Shown here piece by piece: positions 50,761 through 61,194 of a DNA stretch of 61,194 nucleotides. How positions within the stretch are numbered: position 1 is the stretch's first letter; every line of letters starts with the position of its first letter. The stretch is from assembly GCF_006345805.1 (NCBI RefSeq), contig NW_021832394.1, forward strand, positions 1 through 61,194. The letters run 5' to 3'. The notes beneath the pieces are model-generated. The model was not told where the DNA came from. It did no database searches and saw only the letters and a program-made list of their open reading frames with translations. This stretch comes from Octopus sinensis (lineage: Eukaryota). The translations under genes and the position numbers were made by a program.

Positions 50761-53383
50761 CATATATACAACTACATACCACTTCAGTTGATCTTGCCTA
50801 CTCCACTGCTGGTGCAGTTCACATTTTCTCCAACTGTCAAATCCTGATTGTGCCACTGCAACAGAGGATCGGGGAGTCGAGACGGTGCCTATGTCTGCTT
50901 GTGACTACATTGGCGCTCAAAACAACTAGCGAATGTATGGAAGATGTTACTCTTGCAGGTTGCAATCTAGCTTTGTTATATAAATACACACACACACACA
51001 CACATACAAAACACACATACACACACATTTATCTATATATATATATAGTTCCATACACTACAGGGGAGATAAATGCTCCACATCGCGTGAGACCACAATA
51101 CTAGTCTAGTTACGCTTAAAACTAACCTAGACCAATATAGTCATCTCGCTCGATGTGAGACGGTTATCTCCTCTGTCAGTGTATGGTGCTGTACTTCCTT
51201 GCGGCCAAGAGGTTTCTAACTCTTATTTCTAGCAATGTAGGACTACACTGCACCATCAGTCACAATTAGAGACAAGTGAAGTTTTCCTTTTTGGTTATGT
51301 GTGTTTGTGCGTGCGTGGTGTTTGTGTACTTTTTGTCTCTTTTCTATTAACTTCATACTGTTTACCTATATATCCTATATGCATATCTACATTTTATCTA
51401 TATTCTCTTATTCTGTAATTGGTTCCGCTCTTTGAGCTGTGAACATGTTGGGATGCTATCTTCAAATGCTTCATCGCTTACTGCTTATTTAAGATTAAAT
51501 TTATGAACGATATTATAAATCATTTTCTCGATATGAAAATAGATCCCGTGGTTAAATTACAGAGTTCTGAGCAGTCAAGAGCTTTATACGAACTGACGAT
51601 TTCATATTTTGTTAAAGCCCTCATCGGGATTCGATTATTTTTCTTTCTCACCAGAAAAGACGTATTGCGCAGTATTTTATAGTATTTAATTTTTGTTGGG
51701 ATGCTATACATGATTTTAATTTCATTGCAGTGCAGTACAGGCTACGCATATAAATGTACGTGACTCATTTCTATAGTGATCTGCAAGGATCTTGTGTGAG
51801 TCGTTATTGATAATATCATTACCGCTAGAATGAGCATCTACGTTGTCACTCGATCTTCAAGAAAAAGAAACCGAAACTTTCTCAACCTACGTCATTAAAA
51901 AAAAAAGACATATTGAATTACGTAGTCCGGGACACACTATTCCGAGAAAAAATAATCCTGAATGGTAATGGATTGAATACCTTTGATCATAGATTTGCTG
52001 GAACCGAGATGTTTTGAGGCCAAACATCTACAATAATCACAACAAAGAGATCAAAAAAGTCACTACCAGTGGAACACTAATGCTACTAAACACAAAATGA
52101 AAAGAAAACATTTTCACCACATAAAAAATATGACATCCAGTAAAATAAAACCTGGATGGATTAAATAGATAAATAAATAAATTTGAAACGCATGATGATA
52201 TGTTGCTAAGGATACGATGGTAGATAGGCCTGGAATGGATGGTATTCATCTCTTTCAGTGTAATCAGTTTCCCGCAATTGTTGTCTACATTGTGTGTTTT
52301 CACTGTACAACGTGTTCTTTCACTTGTGTTTCTGTTCTTTGTGTGTTTCTGTAATTGTCCTCTGTATGTATGTATGTATGTATGTATGTATGTATGTAGT
52401 ATGTATGTATGTATGTATGTATGTATGTATGTATGTATGCATGCATGGATGTATGTATATATGTATGCATGCATGTATGAATACGTGCATGAATGCATGT
52501 ATATATATATGTATGTATGTATGTATGCTTGTATGTATGTATGAATATATGCAGGCAGGCATGCATGTATGTATACACTGCATGTATCTATGTATGTTTG
52601 TATGCATGTATGAATGCATGTATATAAGAATGTATGTATGTATGTATGTATGTACGTATGAATGCATGCATTTTTTTAGTTCTGTGTGTGTGTTTTATGC
52701 AAATGTGTGAATGAATGTTATTTTTATGGGTGTATATGTGTGAGAGAGAGGAAGTGTTTCTGTGTGTGAGAGAGAGAGAAAAGGGAGAGACAGAGAAAAT
52801 AACAAAAGGAGCAACAAAGTATAACTTTTGGTGACTAAAGGATAGAAGAGCAGCAGAAAGTGAATATAAAACGGGTATTAACTATGGAAAGATCCATAAT
52901 TCTAACAACATAAAAAGAATACATAAAACTGGAACAACTAGTGTGTTTATACTTATTATCTTTCATTTGGCATTGGGTGAATTTTTAATATTAGTGTGAT
53001 TTTCCTGTCACACACTTTCTTAATTCCCTCTTCATTTCTTTATGCCGCATTATATTAGTTTATTTTGCTGCTATGCATTTTTACGGATGGTTCACATTTA
53101 ATCCCCAGCCTTCAACATCCGTATTTAAATTAAAATTTTTGTTTTCAGTAAATTTGCGTTTTCTTGATGTAGAATTAGCATATTTGTCTAATCTCATATT
53201 CATATTTATGTCTTTGATGAATTTACGGGTTGTATTTCGTAGACTTTGTGTTATGCTATTGAATGATAGCTGTGTGCAATAAGAGCTCTGTGGGTTGTGA
53301 TAAATTATTGGCTTGAGATCGTATCATAAAAATTTATTGTATAACACAATAAGAGCTGTAAGAGCAGTGTTATACTATCGAGT

Positions 53384-53688
53384 GTGAAGGCACGTGACTT
53401 AGCGTTTAGGGTAATCGGTTCACGTTCGTAAAGTCGTATGTTCAATTTCCGGCGGCGTATTTGTCCTTGAGCAAGACACTTTATTTCACGTTGCTCCAGT
53501 CCACTCAACTGGCAAAAATTAGATGTACGTTTAGGTTGTTCTGTTGCTATGAGGAGACTGGAACAACAGGAAATGAAATGCTTTGCACAAGGACACAACA
53601 AGGACACAACACTCTACCTCATCCAAAAAGTGAACTCAACATTACGATAATGAGCCAAAGATCCTCCAATCACAATGCCACGCACCTA
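53384..53688. mobile_element. Two SINE C-type 5' halves in inverted (tail-to-tail) orientation
   Basis: Plus 53384-53530 GTGAAGGCACGTG...TCCTTGAGCAAGACAC; minus 53688-53555 AGGTGCGTGGC...GTGTCCTTGTGCAAAGCA. Confidence 0.65.
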
Positions 53689-54723
53689 GATCGGTGTTAG
53701 ATTTAATGCTTCACATTCTGCTTATTTCCACTTCACAATTATTATCCGGAGAATTTCTCGATCTTCAGAGATGTCATTTAGAGAACAAAGACCTCGTTCT
53801 TGTTCTTTGTAATGATATCAGGTATGTTCTCCTTCTAAGTGTGGGCAGATATATCTCTTATTATAAAAGGCAGATTTTATCTGCCTCCCCTTTGGGAGTT
53901 ATAGAAATCTACAATATAGGATTTCTTCAATTACAATTTACCTAGCATTTTTAAGAGTACAATGCATCGCGTCATGCCAGGTCCAGTTTTTAAAATTTAA
54001 ACTCCAATTAAGCAAAATTTACAGAAAACTCACATTCTGGTGTGTGTGTCAAATGCTTTTCTTAGTCTGGTTTACACCACACGCAAACGCACACACACAG
54101 TGTGCAACGAATAAAATGAAAGTAAATAGCGACAGAGTGATTTGAGGAAGACTAAACTGAAAGTATTAAACCACTACTCAAAAAATAAAAAAACACAGCA
54201 AACAGAAACAAATAAATACATAACCATTTACTCCTCACACAATTTCTTAATTAGAATTTACCTAAGATTTTTCAGAGTACTTCAGTGGGTGATGCCATAA
54301 AAAATTTCTTTCAATTTTACCACCAATTAAGACAAAATTCGAGAAAACTCAATATTTTAACATACCACTCCGAAAGCATTGATGTACATGTGCGTGCGTG
54401 AGTGTGTGTGTGTCATTCCTCACACACCACGCACACATACATATACAACTACATACAACTACATACACATACAACACGTGTGTGTTGTTATTAGTAAAAA
54501 AGGCGCAAATCACAACTCACTTATCATTCCAACACATTTGCAAAAGACACACGGACGGACAGAAAAGGTAAATTGGTTTTTATTTTACTCTGGTATATTT
54601 TATTAATAATATTATATATATATATATGTATATATAATTGCAGTATGAAACAGTGTTTATGTATAAACAGACGACACTTTATATAGTTATTATAATAAGA
54701 GATTAATAAATGTATGCATCCGT

Positions 54724-55040
54724 TTAACCCTTCGTTACCAAGCCGCCCGAATTTACCTATTCATATTTAAATGAGAATATCAGAGCAAATCTCTTTAGTA
54801 CATTCGTGAAAACACGTATTATACTTCGTAAACACTTCAACTACAGTTTTGTACAAAAATCGAAGGGTAATTTTAATTCCTTTGTGAATTATGGATATTT
54901 TTTACCGAAATTTGTTCCTATTGTGTTTTCAAAATTTGTAATTCTGACAAAAAATGGATACGAATTCATTATATCAAGCAGCGAGTCAGAATTCGAAGGA
55001 TTTTCTACTGAAGACCTTCATAAATCTAACTCTATGACTG
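54724..55040 (+). mobile_element. piggyBac-like left end
   Basis: TTAA|CCCTT start and an acidic SSSESEFEGFSTED-coding stretch. No right end found. Confidence 0.4.
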
Positions 55041-55052
55041 AAAAAAAAAGCA

Positions 55053-55446
55053 TCTTTATATAAGAGTGAAGTTGTGTGTCTGTCTCTACGATTTAGATTC
55101 CTAACTACTCCCACATTTTGCGGTGCAGTTTAACCAAAAGCGGGTATCTTATAGTCGTGATTCATATCGAGCCCTTCTGGGTATTAGCGTGCGTCTACGA
55201 TGAGTCTACGATTTAAAAAAAATGTACCATCATATTTTTCCATTTTAATGCATTTTTTTCGCTTTTATATAAGGGAAGTAACTCTCTAAAAATATCTACG
55301 ATGTGTCAACGATTTAAAAAAAAATTTATCTTAATTTTTTTTCAATTTTTAATGCATTTTTTTGCTATTTTTTGGCTATAACTCTCTAAAAATGCTAATA
55401 TAGTTATTTCCCTTACAACCCGAGCAACGCCGGGTGATATTGCTAG
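55053..55446 (+). mobile_element. Non-autonomous Helitron
   Basis: A|TC start, subterminal hairpin ACCCGAGCAACGCCGGGT, CTAG|T end, no TSD, internal ~100-bp tandem duplication. Confidence 0.8.
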
Positions 55447-56109
55447 TCCTGTATAATCATAACCGTATGGTTTACCTGAATCATTTGTAAGCGGTTGGGT
55501 TGTTTGAAGTAAGTATTCAATCGACAAAATCGACATCAATACTGACTGACACTCAATTTATCGGAAAACCGAACGAGAAATGGTAATATCGGTTCGAACA
55601 CAGGGCGCAAAAATAACTTAAAATATAAACAGCAAGGTATTTTGTCCAGCGCCTCATCAATCCTGTTGTGCACTGCCCTTATTTTGTTCTAATGAGTTTA
55701 CACAAACCCGGCACCCAAGTAGTTTTAGCAAAGAATATAGTCGATTAAAGTGGACCTAGATTTCAGTGGAAATTATTTTATCGAGTCCGAAAGAAATGTG
55801 ATGTGTACCCTGGTGAAAGTTGAGCCTATAACAAAGACTTACTTATTTCATCACCGTTAGATATTGCTTCCGATACTCTACCGACTCTACCATCTACTGC
55901 TGTCTTCAATATTGACAAAGTCGCACCTACGGTAGACTGCCTCATATCCAGCACTGCTGGAAACAGAGAGATGCCAGATAACTGAATTTTCCGGATATCT
56001 GATCATAATATTCTAAATTACCACAGTGCTTTACAAAATTTAGCAAAATTTTATTTATGTACAGCCATAATATCATTAATATTCTGAATATAGTAGGAAT
56101 GAAAGAAAT

Positions 56110-56270
56110 AGGAAGAATTATGTACATTATTTACATTATTTTAGGAATGAAAACCCGGGTTCGAAATTTCCCCAAGACACCTGATGAAGGCTGGAGGGTA
56201 TATCAGCCGAAATGTTGTTTTAACAACAAACATGATTAGGACAAATATCCGTCAAATGTAAATAATGTAG
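56110..56270 (+). mobile_element. Short hammerhead-bearing element, copy 2, preceded by an inverted copy of its own 3' end
   Basis: Hammerhead at 56176-56220: GACAC CTGATGA A GGCTG...CAGCC GAAA TG TT GTTTT. AATTATGTACATTATTTACATT (about 56116-56137) is the reverse complement of the element 3' end. Confidence 0.75.
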
Positions 56271-56339
56271 GAAGAAATAGGAATGTAATTTAAATAAAGA
56301 AGTTATATTAACATTTACAGCTGTTTCACAATCTTGTTA

Positions 56340-56690
56340 CTTATATATGCCCAGTCGAGAACTCCGCATACCGGAAGCCAGCAAGTGTATGGGGTCATCA
56401 GGAAAGAATGCGTGCCGTTTCGGGGCCTACCTCTCGATGGCATCAATGCGCACCGGCTCCCGTCACTGATATGAAGCCCCGCTTGCTAGATCAACAGGTT
56501 ATTAAATAAAGCTCAATATTTCTCTAGCCATCGCTCATCGTCTCTTTTTCACCAAATCCAGTGGCTAGCCTTCTCCACTGTAGTTTGGATATCGGTCATG
56601 GCGGTATTGACTTTACGATAAGTTAGGCCTAACGATAACAACAGTCGTCTCACACTGTGTCCAACAAACCCTCTGCAACCGACTTCGATT
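56340..56690 (-). mobile_element. HERO-like RLE LINE extreme 3' fragment with a structured 3' UTR
   Basis: IEVGCRGFVGHSVRRLLLSLGL...VEKASHWIW, a C-terminal motif I associate with HERO-type elements. Confidence 0.7.
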
Positions 56691-56937
56691 CTTGGTCCAC
56701 ACTTACCTTTCGCTAATCGGATACTCTCTTTCACTCCAAATAATTCCTCTCGTGTATCGTAAATTGAGCTTGATAATTTTCCCAGTTTCTCCACTGTAGA
56801 GCCTGTCATTTTATAAAGAGCTCGACATACTCATTTATATAAAGGTGCTGAGAATGGAACTAAGAAGCAAAGCATCGGAACGATTCATAGTAGTTGAAAA
56901 ATCAACTCTACTACAGCGAGTAAGCTGGACACACACA

Positions 56938-56978
<41 letters not shown>

Positions 56979-57371
56979 TATATATATAATATATATATAT
57001 AATATATATATATGCATAGGCAATAGATAATAAGTTAGTTGTCCTTCAGTCAGAAATAAAACACATTCAATGTAAGTAATAGAACTGGTATATATTTATT
57101 TCTTCAGCCACTATATAACTACTCAGAATGTGGAATATTGCTACCAGAGAATATATGGCTGGAAGCACAAGCACACACGCCCCCCCCCCCCCACACCACA
57201 CACTATACAAACACGCATATCATCAAGCAATTTACTGGTTATGGCATATAGCTGGCCAGAATGTTTCCGTTGCTGATGACATTTCGGTGATGACATTCGC
57301 GATTCTGATCAGTTGTTCTCTTCGTGGTGCAGTTTTTGTGCTTTCGAAGTTCTGACAACTTTTTTTACATT

Positions 57372-57597
57372 GCGGCGAGCTGGCAGAAATGTTAGCACGC
57401 CGGGCGAAATGTGTAGCCGTATTTTGTCTGCCCGAGGTCGACTTTGCCTTTCATCATTTCGGGGTCGATAAATTAAGTACCAGTTACGCACTGGGGTCAA
57501 TGTGATCAACTTAATCCGTTTGTCTGTCCTTGTTTCTCCTCTCTGTGTTTAGCCCCTTTGTGGGTAGTAAAGAAATAGGTATTTCGTTTACCGTTAC
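57372..57597 (+). mobile_element. SINE family B, tail type 3
   Basis: GCGGCGAGCTGGCAGAAATG...TTTAGCCCCTTTGTGGGTAGTAAAGAAATAGG. Confidence 0.88.
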
Positions 57598-58486
57598 TGC
57601 CTCGAAGATGGCAAAAGAGTGAAAAGAAACTGAGTGAAAACATTTTGGGGGAAGATAGAAAAGAAAAGAAAATGAAGAGTTACCCTCCATCGATTGGTGC
57701 TAGTAATGAGCGAAGTATATAAGCATTTGTATGTATTGTCACACAGTTTACACGCTTCGCTCATGGCCATCACAAATGAATGGGTCTTGGGCATTGCCTA
57801 CCCTTCCGAATAAAAGCTAAAAGACAAAGGGAAAATAATAAAGCAAAACTACTCAATAAATGTCTTTAAAACGGTTATATGTTTTATTGATTGTCCCTAG
57901 AAAAAGGAAAAAGCAGAGCGTACTTCGACAAGATTCGAAACTCAGAACGTAAATAGACCAGACTAAATATAGCATGGAATTTAGTACGGTCGTTTTCGAA
58001 TGCTGTCAGCCATCATTCTCTACGTTAAGCTAATAATAAATACTAGGAACAATGTATTCGTATAGGATTATGAAGAATCCTCAATATATTAGATATTATG
58101 TATTTATTTATTCCATTTTCAGATGGTCGTAAATTACATTCACTTTCTCCATATCAAGCATAAATCATCGCCAGTGCTCTGTTTTATGTACGTTTGCGTA
58201 TTAGCTTCTGACAACTTAATATTATAGCATGTGTGATAGAGGACATTTTGTAAACTATATCTCCATATGTCCGTCTGTTTGTCTGTCTGCATGTCAGACT
58301 ATTTCTGCTCATATCTATATATTTGATAGTTTTTCTTGTTTGTCTTTCACACTTATCCTTTCTTCTCGTTCTCCATATTTCCCTCTTTCACAAACATGTA
58401 CATACTCTCTCATTTTTATATCGCTTTCTGTGTCTACTAATCTTTATATATATCATTGTACTTTTTCCCCACGTGCCTTCTCTCCA

Positions 58487-58519
<33 letters not shown>

Positions 58520-58573
58520 ATGTATGTATGTATGTATGTCTCTCTCTCACTCTCTCTCTCTCTCTCTCTCTCT

Positions 58574-58620
<47 letters not shown>

Positions 58621-58796
58621 GTATATTTATATATATATATATATATATGTATATTTATGTATATATGCATATACGTACACACGTATATCTATATCATGCT
58701 AACGATCTATTTCCTTGTTTCTACGACTATCTATCTATCTATCTATCTATCATCTATTTATCTATCTCTCTCTCTATATATATATGCATACATCAC

Positions 58797-58850
<54 letters not shown>

Positions 58851-58856
58851 CACATG

Positions 58857-58900
<44 letters not shown>

Positions 58901-58926
58901 AGAGAGAGAGAGAGAAGAGATAGATT

Positions 58927-58976
<50 letters not shown>

Positions 58977-59600
58977 CAGACATAGAGATAGACAGACAGA
59001 CAGACAGACAGATAAATGGAAAGATAGGGTCTATTGATCCGGCAATCGATCTATAAAACTAGTATTTTACCCACATACAACCCTATGGACAAACGCATCA
59101 TCTCTCTTTCTCCTTATATAAACACAAACACACACCCACAACTTCAGAAATAAATTGTATTTATATTTATCTATATCTATATCTATATGCGTGTTTGAGT
59201 GTATTCGTGTGTGTGTGTGAGTGCGTGTGTCTCTGTGTCTCTGTGTGTGTGTATGTGTGCTTATATATATGGTTGAGTGATCCCCATTATATTTGCAGAT
59301 CACATCCCAATATATAGCACTTACCTGTGTTTACACGGCACTTTATTATGTAAACAATATGCAAATATTCGTCTGTGTGTCCATTATCTGTCCATTACGC
59401 GTGCATATACCTACCTACCAACATAAAGATTTATACAACTCATATATATATATGTATATATGCGTGTATATGCCTATATATATATATATATATAGACACT
59501 CACACGAACTAAGATACCAATGCCTACACCCATTAACTAATAAATATATATACATACACACAAATGCAAATACATGTGTATGAATATACATACATATATA

Positions 59601-59792
59601 TATGTATATATGCTCACACATGTGTATATATGTATACATATGTGTATATATATGTATATATGCTCACACATGTGTATATATGTATACATATGTGTATATA
59701 TATGTATATATGCTCACACATGTGTATATATGTATACATATGTGTATATATATGCTCACACATGTGTATATATGTATACATATGTGTATATA
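59601..59792. repeat. 50-bp higher-order tandem repeat (3 exact copies and 1 shortened)
   Basis: TATGTATATATGCTCACACATGTGTATATATGTATACATATGTGTATATA at 59601, 59651 and 59701. Confidence 0.92.
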
Positions 59793-60060
59793 TATGTATA
59801 TATATATATATATATACATGTATATTTATATATGTATACATATGTGTATATATATGTATATATATATATATTATATATGTATATTATATATGTATATATA
59901 TATTATGTAGTATATATATATATATATATATACATATTATATATATATATATGTATATATGTATACATATATATATATATATATGTATATATGTATATAT
60001 ATATATATATATATATAATATGTATATATGCATATATATATATATATATAGGTATTATGC

Positions 60061-60095
<35 letters not shown>

Positions 60096-60763
60096 TATAT
60101 ATATATATATTATATATGTACATAACCATACATGCAAGCACACATACGCACACACAAATATTACAATAATAAAAGGAACCAATAATTTGTTGAAAAATAT
60201 CAGCAAAAATCATTAAAGAATCAAATAAACAAATAAAAAAAACTTAATATAAACTAAGAATCCATAATCATATATTGTTTCAGTGAAAAATCTCAAGTTT
60301 ATATTTAATAAATGTTTTTTCCCCTTAGTATTATCCGCCATATGTCGCTTAATGTAACGGAATGAACAAGAACTGTAAAATATCCATAAAAAGGAAAGAA
60401 AGAAAAAAAACTATCAAAGCAAACATTAAAAACCGAACAAATGTATATTGAAAACAAAAGTACAAAATGTCCTCCGAAACGAAGAGATATATAACAGCCG
60501 ACATCTGTCGGTCACTGAAATAATATGATATATAAACATTAAGGAGAAGACAAATGTTAATAATGATAATGATAATCAGAAAAAGGAAAACAGATCGAAA
60601 TATAACAATATTTATTGTTTGTGAACAATGACATGGGGTTTCCTGTATTTTTATATGGCAATGTGTAAATTTGAGCGAATTGATGTTTGTGATGTGACTG
60701 GGACTATTACTGCGTTTTATATAGACACCGGAAGGAGGAAGGGTGAAATTGACACTAACTCCA

Positions 60764-60777
60764 ACGACGACGACGGC

Positions 60778-60838
<61 letters not shown>

Positions 60839-60918
60839 GTGGTGGTGATGATGATGATGATGATGGTAATCTTGATGATGGGTGGTGGCGTTGCTGGAGG
60901 TGATGATGATGATGATGC

Positions 60919-60959
<41 letters not shown>

Positions 60960-61194
60960 GTGATGTTGATGGTAATGTTGATGATGATGATAGTGGTGGG
61001 GGTGATGGAGGAAGCGATGACGAAGACGATGATGATGATGATGATGATGCCCTTACATGTACCACTGGTGATTATTATTATGACGGAGATGGTGGTAGCT
61101 GTGTTGATTGTGATGGTGGCGTTAGAGCTCGTTGTGGTGCTAATGATGGTGACGACAACGACGACGACGGCAACGACGATGATGATGACGATGA
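60764..61194. repeat. (GAT)/(GGT)/(GAC) compound trinucleotide region (similar at 4095-4375, 10330-10500, 33642-33817, 34540-34915, 43950-44215)
   Basis: Direct reading. Confidence 0.9.

Overview
This is AT-rich animal non-coding DNA, intergenic or from a large intron. The repeat landscape suggests an octopus/cephalopod, which is my inference and not a database result. No host protein-coding gene can be supported; nearly all listed ORFs are microsatellite translations. The window is a mosaic of simple repeats [(TA)n, (TAA)n, (CAT)n, (CATA)n, (TTTC)n, (CCG)n], about 25 copies of four tRNA-headed SINE families, and a ~540-bp non-tRNA retro-like element found in (TAA)n arrays. It also holds Dong/R4-like, Tx1/L1-like and HERO-like LINE 3' fragments, Penelope-like element (PLE) relics, one full-length but dead mariner plus mariner derivatives, a hAT relic, a Merlin-like MITE and two Helitron-type non-autonomous elements. 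The most notable hidden signal is a set of at least eight minimal type-I hammerhead-ribozyme-like folds from several unrelated short elements. They have palindromic stem III and show three pairings at core positions 3-8 (C3-G8, U3-A8, G3-C8), often in fold-back arrangements. A permuted hammerhead-like motif also sits in the HERO-like LINE 3' UTR. All folds were read by eye and none has been tested for cleavage.
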